A DNA stretch of 64,000 bases from Thermodesulfovibrionales bacterium (lineage in GTDB: Bacteria; Nitrospirota; Thermodesulfovibrionia; Thermodesulfovibrionales; SM23-35), in NCBI GenBank assembly GCA_963715195.1, contig CAVQRT010000003.1, positions 250,792-314,791 on the forward strand, in the 5' to 3' direction. The notes under the pieces are model-generated. The model made no database searches. It saw nothing but the letters and a program-made list of their open reading frames with translations, and was not told where the DNA came from. This document shows positions 9,611-19,963 of the stretch, piece by piece. The translations under genes and the position numbers were made by a program. Positions within the stretch are counted from its first letter, which is position 1. Each line of letters begins with the position of its first letter.

Positions 9611-10549
9611 ATGAAAATCACTGATATCCATACCCACGGGATTGCTGGTTACGACACGAGAGAAACCACTGAAGAGCATATCCTCAAAATTGCTGAAATT
9701 CATGGTTTCCATGGGGTCTCAGATATTCTTCTTACCATCTATCCGTCTTCTGTCCAGGAAATGCGGAGGGATATGGAGACTGTCAGAAAGGCTGCAGAGA
9801 TTCAGCAGTCATCAGTTCGTCTGCATCAACCGGGTTCGCAAAATCAGAATATCACACAAGTAGGTCCTTCACAAGAATTTCTGCCTGCCGCCTGTCGGCT
9901 GGCAACCATTTCCGGCATTCATCTCGAGGGCCCTTTTCTGAACCCGGACCGGTGCGGCTCTCTGAATGCTACCGCATGTATCAAACCAACAGAATATATG
10001 TTGAAGAACCTTACCGAAGGGTTTGAAAATCTCATCAAAATCATCACGATTGCTCCTGAAATTCCAGGCGCTCTCAGTCTGATAAGAACAATAACCGATA
10101 TGGGTGCTGTCGTCAGCATGGGGCATTCTGATGCTACCTACGCAGAGGCAGAGGAAGGGTTCCATGCAGGCGCAAAGGGTATCACGCATCTTTTCAATGC
10201 GATGCGCGGTTTCCATCACAGGGAGCCCGGAATTGCGGGTTTCGGGCTGTTCAATCAGGATATATATACCGAGATTATCGCAGATCCTTTCCATCTGCAT
10301 GACCGGGTTATTGACATGATATTCAACATAAAGAATCCTGACAAAATCATCATCATCTCGGATAGTGTCAAAGAAACAGACAGAGAAATCAGCAGCTCAG
10401 GAATCAGGAATGACCGCGAAAGACTCTTGGGAGGCAGCATGGCGGTTACCGGGTCCGCAGAGAGACTCGTCAACATGGGATATGATAAAGATATCATCAT
10501 GAGGTGCATAACCAAAAATCCACGGGCATACCTTTCCTGTTTTCGCTAA
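9611..10549 (+). CDS. nagA: N-acetylglucosamine-6-phosphate deacetylase
   Basis: DIHTHG, GIHLEGPFLN, TIAPE, GHSDA, THLFNAM. Confidence 0.9.
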   Translation: MKITDIHTHGIAGYDTRETTEEHILKIAEIHGFHGVSDILLTIYPSSVQEMRRDMETVRKAAEIQQSSVRLHQPGSQNQNITQVGPSQEFLPAACRLATISGIHLEGPFLNPDRCGSLNATACIKPTEYMLKNLTEGFENLIKIITIAPEIPGALSLIRTITDMGAVVSMGHSDATYAEAEEGFHAGAKGITHLFNAMRGFHHREPGIAGFGLFNQDIYTEIIADPFHLHDRVIDMIFNIKNPDKIIIISDSVKETDREISSSGIRNDRERLLGGSMAVTGSAERLVNMGYDKDIIMRCITKNPRAYLSCFR

Positions 10550-10632
10550 TCCGGACAGATTTATTGGAGAGTTATGTATAATTACTAATGAGGTCATAAG
10601 TATGAAGACATTCATTACAAAATCGCTCCTAT

Positions 10633-10666
10633 TCTCCCTTTGCCAAAGAGGGATCAGGGGAGATTT
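10633..10666 (-). repeat. Solo copy of the AATCTCCCC...CCTCTTT...AAAGRGG palindromic repeat family
   Basis: Minus strand aaatctcccctgatccctctttggcaaagggaga; resembles the copies flanking DUF559 (56172, 56560) and the copy at 51621. Confidence 0.7.
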
Positions 10667-10735
10667 TTTCAACAATGATACCTTACTTATGCACTCCTTG
10701 TTCATTACATGAGAAAGCTCTCGGGAGGTTACAGT

Positions 10736-10951
10736 ATGGCAGAAAAGGTTATTATCTACGGGAAAGACGGCTGACCTTATACAGAAAAAGCTAGGTCAGC
10801 GTACAAGGAGAATGCAGTTTATCTGAATGTGAAAACGGATTCTGCACAGTTGGAGGAAATGCTGAAGCACTCCGGCGGCGTCAGAAAGGTACCCGTAATT
10901 CTTGAAGGAGACAAAGTAACCATTGGGTACGGCGGCACCTGAGGCGTTTAA
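10736..10951 (+). CDS. Glutaredoxin-like selenoprotein (UXX-star type) with two in-frame UGA codons
   Basis: GGAGG RBS at 10724; MAEKVIIYGKDG-U-PYT...VRKVPVILEGDKVTIGYGGT-U-GV-TAA; TGA at 10772 and 10940; a hairpin follows each. Confidence 0.85.
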
Positions 10952-10987
10952 TCAGCGGTCGTGAACCGCAAGGAAAATCGTCAAACA

Positions 10988-11860
10988 ATGAAGGGCATTA
11001 TTCTCGCAGGAGGCAGTGGGAAAAGGCTCTATCCGGTAACGCTCGGGGTCTGCAAACAGCTGTTGCCTATTTACGACAAACCAATGATCTATTATCCACT
11101 GTCCGTCCTCATGCTCGCCGGGATACGCGACATCCTCATCATCTCCACGCCCCAGGACCTGCCACGGTTTATCAATATATTTGGTGACGGCACTTCATTG
11201 GGAATCAATTTTTCATACCGGGAGCAGCAGCGTCCAGGCGGCATTGCCGAGGCATTTCTTCTTGGTGAAAAATTTATCGGGCACGATCATGTCTGCCTTG
11301 TACTCGGAGATAATATTTTTTATGGTCATGGACTGACAACTCTGCTGAATAAAGCCGAGAACGATGTCAGACAGAACGGTGGTGCCGCAATATTCGGGTA
11401 TTATGTCAATGACCCCGAACGGTATGGCGTCGTTGAGTTCGATGAACACGGCTCTGTTCTTTCGATAGAAGAAAAGCCCAAAGCCCCAAAATCCAAGTAT
11501 GCAGTTACCGGCCTCTATTTTTATGACCAGACGGTTGTTGAGATTTCGAAAAAGATGAGACCGTCAAGGCGGGGCGAGCTTGAGATTACCGACGTAAACA
11601 GGGAATATTTGAAAATGAAAAAGCTGAGAGTGGAGTTGATGGGCCGCGGATATGCCTGGCTTGATACCGGAACCCACGAAAGCCTTCTCGAAGCAGGAGA
11701 GTTTATTGCAACGATAGAAAAGAGGCAGGGGCTCAAAATAGCCTGCATAGAAGAAATATCCTATAACCTGGGGTATATTGACAAAGAGCAGCTGTCACGG
11801 CTTGCACAGAATTATAATCACAATGATTACGGGAAATACCTCTTGCGGTTAGGAAAATAA
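10988..11860 (+). CDS. rfbA: Glucose-1-phosphate thymidylyltransferase
   Basis: [41 protein letters not shown]. Confidence 0.95.
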   Translation: MKGIILAGGSGKRLYPVTLGVCKQLLPIYDKPMIYYPLSVLMLAGIRDILIISTPQDLPRFINIFGDGTSLGINFSYREQQRPGGIAEAFLLGEKFIGHDHVCLVLGDNIFYGHGLTTLLNKAENDVRQNGGAAIFGYYVNDPERYGVVEFDEHGSVLSIEEKPKAPKSKYAVTGLYFYDQTVVEISKKMRPSRRGELEITDVNREYLKMKKLRVELMGRGYAWLDTGTHESLLEAGEFIATIEKRQGLKIACIEEISYNLGYIDKEQLSRLAQNYNHNDYGKYLLRLGK

Positions 11861-11866
11861 CAGCCC

Positions 11867-12427
11867 ATGCCATTTATGTTCCATCGCCTTGATATCCCTG
11901 AAATTATCCTCATCGAACCCCGCAGATTTGAGGACAGGCGGGGTTTCTTCATGGAAACGTACAAGCACTCGGATTTTCTCCGGAACGGGATCCATGAGCA
12001 TTTTGTACAGGATAATTATTCCCGCTCTGTGAGAGGTGTACTACGTGGGCTCCATTATCAGAGACCTCCGCATGCACAGGGCAAACTGGTCCAGTGCATC
12101 AAAGGGAAAATCTTCGATGTGGCTGTTGACATCAGAAAAGGTTCTCCGACATATATGCGCTGGGTAAGCACCGAATTGTCTGAAGAAAACACCCGGATGT
12201 TCTACATTCCTCCCGGTTTCGCTCATGGGTTCCTCGCGCTGAGTGATATCGCCGACGTCATCTATAAATGCACCAGAGAGTATTCAGCGGAAAATGACCG
12301 GGGGATTATCTGGAATGATCCTGACATACAGATACAGTGGCCGGTGCAGGAGCCTGTCCTCTCTGAAAAGGACAACAGTCATCCCTTCTTGCGGGAAGCT
12401 GACAACAATTTCGCATATACAGCGTAA
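11867..12427 (+). CDS. rfbC: dTDP-4-dehydrorhamnose 3,5-epimerase
   Basis: DRRGFFME, GVLRGLHYQ, DVAVDIRKGSPT, GFAHGF. Confidence 0.95.
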   Translation: MPFMFHRLDIPEIILIEPRRFEDRRGFFMETYKHSDFLRNGIHEHFVQDNYSRSVRGVLRGLHYQRPPHAQGKLVQCIKGKIFDVAVDIRKGSPTYMRWVSTELSEENTRMFYIPPGFAHGFLALSDIADVIYKCTREYSAENDRGIIWNDPDIQIQWPVQEPVLSEKDNSHPFLREADNNFAYTA

Positions 12428-12428
12428 T

Positions 12429-13286
12429 ATGAAAATCCTTCTAACAGGCGCCAATGGACAACTTGCAGGAGAATTTCAGCGGTTGCTTGAGCATTATCCT
12501 CATGAGGTTGCTGCTCTTGACAGGGAAATGCTGGACATATCAAACGATGACCATGTTGAACAAGCGTTTATCGCCCACACCCCGGATATTGTTTTCAACT
12601 GTGCTGCATATAATCTCGTCGACCGGGCCGAGCAAGAATATGAATCCGCCTTCAGGGTGAATGCCATGGGAGTGAGAAACCTTGCACGTGCATCCAAAAA
12701 AATGGACTCCCTTCTCGTTCATTTCAGCAGTGATTATGTCTTTGATGGAACGAAGGAAGACTTTTACACCGAGGAGGACATAACGAATCCGCTGAACAAA
12801 TACGGAGAGAGCAAGCTTTCCGGAGAGCTGTTCCTGAAGGAAGAAACTGATAACTTCCTGCTGTTCAGAGTCAGTTGGGTGTTCGGGGCAGGGCAACAGA
12901 ACTTCCTCTATAAACTGCTGGAATGGGCAAAACAGAAAAAACTTCTGAAAGTCGTATGTGACCAGATTTCGGTGCCGACATGCACGAGAGATATCGCCCA
13001 TTTAACGATGTTTGCCATCAATAAAGGATTGAGAGGCGTCTATCATCTTACCAACAGCGGATATGCAAGCCGGTACGAAGTTGCGAGGTTTTTCCTTGAA
13101 AAGACCGGCATGGACAACCTGGTCCTTCCCGTCCGGTCTGATGCTTTTCCCTCTCCGGCAAAGAGACCCTACTTCTCCGCAATGTCGAACATCAAGCTTT
13201 CCCGGGCATTGGACGTGCAGATACCGGACTGGAGAATCGGCATAGAAAGTCATGTAAAGTACCTGTTCGAAAAAGGGGAAATCTGA
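12429..13286 (+). CDS. rfbD: dTDP-4-dehydrorhamnose reductase
   Basis: LTGANGQL, NCAAY, SDYVFDG, YGESKL, AKRPYFS. Confidence 0.93.
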   Translation: MKILLTGANGQLAGEFQRLLEHYPHEVAALDREMLDISNDDHVEQAFIAHTPDIVFNCAAYNLVDRAEQEYESAFRVNAMGVRNLARASKKMDSLLVHFSSDYVFDGTKEDFYTEEDITNPLNKYGESKLSGELFLKEETDNFLLFRVSWVFGAGQQNFLYKLLEWAKQKKLLKVVCDQISVPTCTRDIAHLTMFAINKGLRGVYHLTNSGYASRYEVARFFLEKTGMDNLVLPVRSDAFPSPAKRPYFSAMSNIKLSRALDVQIPDWRIGIESHVKYLFEKGEI

Positions 13287-14242
13287 TGGAAAAACTTTGC
13301 ATCACCGGGGGCGCGGGATTCATCGGGAGTGAATTTGTCAGGCAGGCAGTAAAACAGGATTTTGAAGTGACCGTAATAGACAAGCTGAGCTATGCCGGGG
13401 ATCTTGAGCGTTTAAGGGCGGCAGAAAAGAATTTCGTTTTTCACAGAATTGATATTGCTGACCGGGAAGCTGTACAGCGCGTCTTTGAATCCGGAAAACC
13501 GGATACCATCGTACACTGGGCAGCTGAAAGCCACGTCGACAGGAGCATCGCGGACCCTTCTCCTTTTCTCGATACCAATATCAAAGGAACCCTCGTGCTC
13601 CTTGATGCCGCCCGGCATTTCGGCATAAAAAGATTCATTAATATATCGACAGACGAAGTATACGGAGACCTCGGTGGCGAAGGGCAATTCTGTGAAACCA
13701 CCCAACTGAACCCGAGTTCGCCGTATTCCGTAAGCAAAGCTTCTGCTGATATGCTGGGAAGGGCATATTACAGAACTTACGGGTTTCCGGTTATCACCGT
13801 CAGACCCTCAAATAACTACGGCCCTTGGCAGTATCCGGAAAAACTTATTCCTGTCGTTATTTGGAAGGCTCTCCAGAATGAAAGAATTCCGGTGTATGCA
13901 AAGGGTGAGAATGTGAGGGAATGGCTGTTTGTCGCTGATTGTGTTGAGGGAGTTTTCGAGATAGCAAAGAGCGGGATTGCAGGCGAAATTTATAACGTCG
14001 GGAGCGGCGAAGAGAAGAGAAACTTAGATGTTGTAAAGGCGATTCTTCAGATATTGGGCAAGCCTGAAGAACTGATAGAATTCGTCAAAGACAGGCTGGG
14101 ACACGATTTCAGGTACTCACTGAACTCAGAGAAAATTCACACGGAGCTCGGCTGGAAGGCACGGATGCCTTTTGCTGAAGGAATAGAGAAGACGGTGGCC
14201 TGGTATGTGGACCACATGGATTGGGTAAAGCGGAAGATATAA
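13286..14242 (+). CDS. rfbB: dTDP-glucose 4,6-dehydratase
   Basis: TGGAGFIGS, AAESHVDRSI, ISTDEVYG, PYSVSKA, GHDFRY. Confidence 0.95.
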   Translation: MEKLCITGGAGFIGSEFVRQAVKQDFEVTVIDKLSYAGDLERLRAAEKNFVFHRIDIADREAVQRVFESGKPDTIVHWAAESHVDRSIADPSPFLDTNIKGTLVLLDAARHFGIKRFINISTDEVYGDLGGEGQFCETTQLNPSSPYSVSKASADMLGRAYYRTYGFPVITVRPSNNYGPWQYPEKLIPVVIWKALQNERIPVYAKGENVREWLFVADCVEGVFEIAKSGIAGEIYNVGSGEEKRNLDVVKAILQILGKPEELIEFVKDRLGHDFRYSLNSEKIHTELGWKARMPFAEGIEKTVAWYVDHMDWVKRKI

Positions 14243-14257
14243 TATACTGACCGGCGT

Positions 14258-15697
14258 ATGTTCAAAGACACCATTTTCAGAGAATACGATATACGGGGTG
14301 TGGTAGGCAGGGACTACGATGAGGAGTTCAGTTTTCTCCTTGGAAAGGCTTTTGGCAGTCTGCTCAGGGAAGAAAACAGCGATGCCCGTCGGGTGAGTGT
14401 CGGGAGGGATGTACGCCTTAGTTCAGCGGCATTGGCTGCCGGGCTTATCCAGGGGATCGTGTCGACCGGCATCAGTGTATACGATATCGGCCTCTGCCCT
14501 ACCCCTCTGCAGTATTTTTCCCTTCATCACCTGAATCTCGACGGCGGGATTATGGTGACAGGAAGCCACAATCCCCCTGAGTATAACGGGTTTAAACTCA
14601 GCGTGGGGAAAGAGACTATCTTCGGTGATGAGATTCAGAGAATGAAAAAAAGAATACACGAATATGCATGGCGTGAGTATTCTGCCCAGGGGACAGTTGA
14701 GCCATATGACATTCTCTCCGCCTACCGGGCGTTCATGAAACAGCGATTTTCGTACCTGTCAGAGCCGCAGTACCGCAAACTGAATGTTGTTGTCGATGCA
14801 GGGAACGGGACAGCCGGAATCATTGCACCAGAGATCCTCAAGACCATCGGCTGTGATGTAATTCCACTTTACTGTGAACCCGACGGACGCTTCCCGAACC
14901 ATCACCCTGACCCGACGGTGCCCGAATATATCCGGGATTTGATCCGTGTGACAAAAGAACATGCAGCTGATATCGGTGTTGGATATGATGGTGACGCTGA
15001 CAGAATCGGCGTCATCGATTCAGACGGCAATATTGTCTGGGGCGATCAGATCATGATTGTGCTGTCGCGGGAGATTCTCCGGACACATCCCAATGCTGTC
15101 ATCATCGGAGATGTCAAATGTTCTCAAAAAATGTTCGATGATATCGGGAAGCACGGTGGCAACCCCATTATGTGGAAGACAGGCCATTCCCTCGTCAAGG
15201 ACAAGATGCGGAGGGAACACGCAGTCCTTGCTGGTGAATTCAGCGGACATATCTTCATAGCGGATGATTATTTCGGATTTGACGATGCACTCTACACAAC
15301 GTTCAGGCTGGTCGAGATCATGAAAAAATGTGGCTGTGGAATACGGGAACTGCTCGCCGACATTCCCCGTTCTGTCTATACCCCAGAGATACGCATTGAG
15401 TGCAGAGATGACCGGAAGAAAACTATCGTCGAAAAGTTGACAAGCCTGTGCAAGAAATATGAACAATCAGGGGAAAGCCCTGTTCCGATAAAAAGGATCT
15501 ATGATATTGATGGAGCACGGGTTGTTTTTGAAAAGGGATGGGGTCTCGTCCGGTCCAGCAATACTCAGCCAGTAATTGTTATGCGCTTTGAGGCCGAGGA
15601 TGAAACGTCCCTGAAGATATACCGTTCTTTTCTTGAAGAAGCGTTGAAAACAGTTCAGTCTGAGGGTAACCATATAGACACCGGAAAACCTTTTTAG
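14258..15697 (+). CDS. Phosphomannomutase/phosphoglucomutase
   Basis: FREYDIRG, TGSHNP, DGDADR, GEFSGH, RSSNTQP. Confidence 0.93.
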   Translation: MFKDTIFREYDIRGVVGRDYDEEFSFLLGKAFGSLLREENSDARRVSVGRDVRLSSAALAAGLIQGIVSTGISVYDIGLCPTPLQYFSLHHLNLDGGIMVTGSHNPPEYNGFKLSVGKETIFGDEIQRMKKRIHEYAWREYSAQGTVEPYDILSAYRAFMKQRFSYLSEPQYRKLNVVVDAGNGTAGIIAPEILKTIGCDVIPLYCEPDGRFPNHHPDPTVPEYIRDLIRVTKEHAADIGVGYDGDADRIGVIDSDGNIVWGDQIMIVLSREILRTHPNAVIIGDVKCSQKMFDDIGKHGGNPIMWKTGHSLVKDKMRREHAVLAGEFSGHIFIADDYFGFDDALYTTFRLVEIMKKCGCGIRELLADIPRSVYTPEIRIECRDDRKKTIVEKLTSLCKKYEQSGESPVPIKRIYDIDGARVVFEKGWGLVRSSNTQPVIVMRFEAEDETSLKIYRSFLEEALKTVQSEGNHIDTGKPF

Positions 15698-15724
15698 TAA
15701 AGTAAGAATAAAGGAGAATTCACG

Positions 15725-17137
15725 ATGAAAGCGCTTGTTCTCGCCGGTGGTTCAGGAACCCGGCTCTGGCCTCTCAGCAGGAGGAATTATCCGAAACAGT
15801 TTCTTCAATTGAATATCGGCGGATCCCTCCTCCAGGAAACCGCGAAAAGACTTCTCAAGGTCTTTCCCCCCGATGAGATGATCATCATGACAAACAGCGA
15901 ATACAAGTTTCACGTACTCTCTGATTTGCATTCGTTATTCGGTGACAACCCGATTTCCCGGAACATCATTCTTGAACCTGTGGGCAGGAATACCGCTCCC
16001 GCAATAGCACTTGGCATGAAATATTGCATCGAGAAGCTTGGATGCGGTCAGGATGAGATACTGTTCATTTCGCCTGCTGATCACGTTATAAAGCCCCAAG
16101 AGAAATTCGCTGAGTACGTTGCCTGTGCGGAAAAAATAGCACAAAAAGGTCAGATCGTAACATTCGGGATAAAACCGCTGCGGCCTGAGACGGGCTACGG
16201 GTATATCAGGGCAGGAAGCACAAAGCTTGCCGAAGGAAGTCATGACTATTTCAATGTTGATAAATTCACGGAAAAGCCGAACAGTGAAACAGCGGTTCAC
16301 TACATAAAAGAAGGGACCTATTACTGGAATTCCGGGATGTTCGCCTTCTGCATCGGCACCATGATAGATGAATTCGAGAAATATGCTCCCGAAATACGGA
16401 CAATGCTTGATTACCGCTTTGATGATCTGGTTGAAAATTTTCATACGATGCCAAGTATTTCCATAGACTATGCGGTAGCTGAAAAGTCTGACCGGATTGC
16501 AGTCCTTCCTCTTGATATTTACTGGAATGATATCGGCTCATGGGACTCCCTCTACGATATAGCTGACAAAGATGAAAATGGCAATGTCAAAATCGGGGAT
16601 ATTATCGCCATCGATACAAACGACACCCTTGTCATCAGCAGCAAGCGCCTGGTCTCCACCATCGGATTAGAGGAGTGTCTGATCGTTGATACAGATGATG
16701 CGCTCCTGGTTGCAAAAAAGGGGGAAACCCAGAAAGTCAGGGAAATCGTTGACAAGCTCAACCGTGAAAAAAGACGGGAAGCATCAGAGCATCTGACAAC
16801 CTACCGCCCGTGGGGGAGTTACACTATTCTGGAAGAAGGTGAACGGTACAAGATTAAGCGGATTGTTGTTCATCCCGAAGCACGCCTGAGCCTTCAGAAG
16901 CATTACCATAGATCTGAACATTGGGTGGTTATCCGCGGCGCTGCAAAAGTAACAATCGGGGATAATGAGATCATTATCCATGAGAACGAGTCTGTCTATG
17001 TGCCGAAATCAACGCTCCACAGGCTCGAAAACCCGGGCAAGGTTCCTCTCGAGATCATCGAGGTCCAGAACGGAGAGTATGTCGGTGAAGATGATATTGT
17101 GCGGGTCGATGATATGTACGGAAGGAACAAGAAATAA
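15725..17137 (+). CDS. manC: Mannose-1-phosphate guanylyltransferase/mannose-6-phosphate isomerase
   Basis: LAGGSGTRLWPLSR, EPVGRNTAPA, PETGYGYI, RPWG, HYHRSEHW cupin. Confidence 0.95.
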   Translation: MKALVLAGGSGTRLWPLSRRNYPKQFLQLNIGGSLLQETAKRLLKVFPPDEMIIMTNSEYKFHVLSDLHSLFGDNPISRNIILEPVGRNTAPAIALGMKYCIEKLGCGQDEILFISPADHVIKPQEKFAEYVACAEKIAQKGQIVTFGIKPLRPETGYGYIRAGSTKLAEGSHDYFNVDKFTEKPNSETAVHYIKEGTYYWNSGMFAFCIGTMIDEFEKYAPEIRTMLDYRFDDLVENFHTMPSISIDYAVAEKSDRIAVLPLDIYWNDIGSWDSLYDIADKDENGNVKIGDIIAIDTNDTLVISSKRLVSTIGLEECLIVDTDDALLVAKKGETQKVREIVDKLNREKRREASEHLTTYRPWGSYTILEEGERYKIKRIVVHPEARLSLQKHYHRSEHWVVIRGAAKVTIGDNEIIIHENESVYVPKSTLHRLENPGKVPLEIIEVQNGEYVGEDDIVRVDDMYGRNKK

Positions 17138-17180
17138 TAAAGTCGCATAAGAGAATCTTTCTGATGAAAAGGTGAAAATA

Positions 17181-18335
17181 ATGAAACGGGCGTTAATAAC
17201 AGGCATTACCGGACAGGACGGCTCATACCTAACAGAACTGCTCTTGTCAAAAGGATATGAAGTTCACGGCTTAATCCGGAGGGCGAGTACATTCAACACC
17301 CACCGGATCGACCATCTGTATCAGGATCCGCATATTCCGAGCACAAAACTGTTTCTTCAATTCGGCGATCTGACGGATTCAGGCCAGTTGACGAACATCA
17401 TTTACAATATCAAGCCTGATGAAATATACCACCTCGGTGCGCAGAGCCATGTGAGGGTCAGCTTTGATCTCCCGGAGTACACAGCTGATGTCACTGCGCT
17501 GGGCACGACGAGGCTGCTCGAAGCTGTCAGGAGAAGCGGCATCAAGACGAAATTTTACCAGGCATCCAGTAGTGAGATGTTTGGCGCTGCCAGTCCGCCC
17601 CAGAATGAGAAAACGCCTTTTTATCCCAGAAGTCCGTATGCAGCTGCGAAGGTCTACGCTTACTGGATAACCGTTAATTACCGCGAAGGATATAACCTTT
17701 TCAACTGCAACGGCATCCTGTTCAACCACGAATCACCGCGGAGAGGTGAGACCTTTGTGACCAGGAAAATTACCCGGGCGATCGCAAATATGATAGCAGG
17801 GAAGCAGAAAAGACTCTTCCTCGGAAACCTTGAATCACGGAGGGACTGGGGGTTTGCACCCGAGTATATAGAGTGCCAGTGGCTGATTCTCCAGCAGGAC
17901 AGGCCCGATGATTTTGTGATCGGTACCGGCGAAAGTCATTCGGTGAGGGAGTTTCTGGAAAAGGCTTTTCACTATGCCGGCATCGAGATCGAGTGGGAGG
18001 GCGAAGGCGTCGACAGAAAAGGGAAAATACGTTCTCTGAGATCAGGCGTAAACGATACCATGAAAGCAGGCGACCCCATCATCGTGATCGATCCGAAATA
18101 CTTCCGGCCTACCGAAGTGGACTTCCTGCAGGCTGACATAACCAAAGCGAAAAAGATCCTCGGCTGGGAACCTCGAACAACTTTCGATGAACTAATCAAG
18201 ATTATGATAGACTACGATTTTAAACTCGCAGGTTTGACCCCGTCAGGTGAGGGGATTGATATCTGCAGGAAAAAAGGATTTACCTACACCACACATGATT
18301 TCTCCCTCCATGAAAAGATACGGGAGCGGTGTTAA
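17181..18335 (+). CDS. gmd: GDP-mannose 4,6-dehydratase
   Basis: [35 protein letters not shown]. Confidence 0.96.
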   Translation: MKRALITGITGQDGSYLTELLLSKGYEVHGLIRRASTFNTHRIDHLYQDPHIPSTKLFLQFGDLTDSGQLTNIIYNIKPDEIYHLGAQSHVRVSFDLPEYTADVTALGTTRLLEAVRRSGIKTKFYQASSSEMFGAASPPQNEKTPFYPRSPYAAAKVYAYWITVNYREGYNLFNCNGILFNHESPRRGETFVTRKITRAIANMIAGKQKRLFLGNLESRRDWGFAPEYIECQWLILQQDRPDDFVIGTGESHSVREFLEKAFHYAGIEIEWEGEGVDRKGKIRSLRSGVNDTMKAGDPIIVIDPKYFRPTEVDFLQADITKAKKILGWEPRTTFDELIKIMIDYDFKLAGLTPSGEGIDICRKKGFTYTTHDFSLHEKIRERC

Positions 18336-18400
18336 ACAATCGCAATACTGTTTCTGACCGCTGCAGTTCAATTACATATGAATGAATCCGGGCTGAGATA

Positions 18401-19468
18401 ATGGAAAAGGATTCCAGGATATACGTTGCAGGGCATCGCGGCCTCGTCGGATCAGCCATTCTGCGAACGCTGCGGGAAAAGCAGTTCACAAACATTCTCA
18501 CCCGCACAAGCGCTGAGCTTGATCTCAGGAGACAGAGCGACACGGAGATATTCTTTGCGCAGGAGAGGCCCGATTATATCTTTCTTGCGGCAGCAAAGGT
18601 CGGCGGGATTCTCGCGAACAATACCTATAAGGCAGAATTCATTTATGACAATATCATGATCGCAGCGAATGTCATCCATGCTGCATATATGCACGGGGCA
18701 AAAAAGCTTCTCAACCTCGGCTCATCCTGCATCTACCCCAAATTGGCACCACAGCCCTTGAAAGAAGAATATCTGATGACGGGGCTCCTCGAACCGACCA
18801 ATGAGCCGTATGCAGTCGCAAAAATTTCTGCCATAAAACTCTGCAGGTACTACAATGAACAATACGGCACGAACTTCATATCGGTGATGCCCACAAATCT
18901 TTTTGGCATTCATGACAATTTCAATCTGGAAACAGCACACGTGCTGCCTGCACTGATAAGAAAATTTCACCTCGCCAAGCTCTTAAGAAAAAAACGATAC
19001 GGGGAACTGGAAAAAGATGTGAGGAGATTTCCCCTCGGTTTCAACGTCTCCAGTCCCTCGGATCTTAAGACGCTCGGCATTGCTGCTGATTCTGTTGAAC
19101 TCTGGGGTACCGGTCAGCCATACCGGGAGTTTCTCTTTGTTGACGACCTCGCAGATGCCTGCGTATTCATTATGAACAACTGTGATGCCGGGGCAACGGC
19201 ATCTTTTGCTGACAACCGGCATGATCACCTGTCGATTGGAGAATTTATCAATATCGGAACCGGGGAAGATATAACCATACGGGATCTTGCACATCTGGTC
19301 AGGCAGATTGTCGGGTTTGAGGGGGGAATTGTGTGGGACACCTCCAAGCCGGATGGAACTCCGAGAAAGCGCCTCGACGTTACAAAAATCAATTCCCTCG
19401 GTTGGGAGCCTAAAATTTCCCTGGAACAGGGGATACGGATGACATACGATTGGTACGTATCATCGTAA
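18401..19468 (+). CDS. fcl: GDP-L-fucose synthase
   Basis: GHRGLVGSA, AAAKVGGILAN, GSSCIYPK, KPDGTPRK. Confidence 0.95.
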   Translation: MEKDSRIYVAGHRGLVGSAILRTLREKQFTNILTRTSAELDLRRQSDTEIFFAQERPDYIFLAAAKVGGILANNTYKAEFIYDNIMIAANVIHAAYMHGAKKLLNLGSSCIYPKLAPQPLKEEYLMTGLLEPTNEPYAVAKISAIKLCRYYNEQYGTNFISVMPTNLFGIHDNFNLETAHVLPALIRKFHLAKLLRKKRYGELEKDVRRFPLGFNVSSPSDLKTLGIAADSVELWGTGQPYREFLFVDDLADACVFIMNNCDAGATASFADNRHDHLSIGEFINIGTGEDITIRDLAHLVRQIVGFEGGIVWDTSKPDGTPRKRLDVTKINSLGWEPKISLEQGIRMTYDWYVSS

Positions 19469-19530
19469 TTCCCGCTCATCCTGTAGATGTGGTATAAAGC
19501 CGAGGAATCTATCACTTTCAGCAAACAATC

Positions 19531-19962
19531 GTGATCGCAATAGACGCCTTTATTTACTGGCTTCCTCCGGTTGCCTGGATGATTTTTATCTCTCCTGTGA
19601 ACGCACTCCTGACTTCACAGACTACATCCTCCCTTATTATGCCGTTGATTGCGTGGCTGTTGCCGGAGGCAAGCCGACATATGATGGAGACTTTACATAT
19701 TCTTCTCCGCAAAACAGGGCATTTCCTGGAATACGCCTTTCTTGCATTCCTTTTGTTCAGGGCATTCCGGGGCAGAGAGAATGCCTTTCAGTTCACCTGG
19801 ATTCTTTGCGCTGCGCTTATCTCATTGGGATACAGTGCATTGGATGAATACCTGCAGACGTTCACCTCTGCGAGAACGGGGTCGTTTTACGACTGGCTTA
19901 TTGATGCTTCTGGAATCGCATGCTCGCTCGGCATTCTGATACGCAAGCATAAGAAGTTCTGA
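19531..19962 (+). CDS. VanZ-family membrane protein
   Basis: RKTGHFLEYAFL, DEYLQTF..RTG..DW..D motif. Confidence 0.85.
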   Translation: MIAIDAFIYWLPPVAWMIFISPVNALLTSQTTSSLIMPLIAWLLPEASRHMMETLHILLRKTGHFLEYAFLAFLLFRAFRGRENAFQFTWILCAALISLGYSALDEYLQTFTSARTGSFYDWLIDASGIACSLGILIRKHKKF

Positions 19963-19963
19963 T

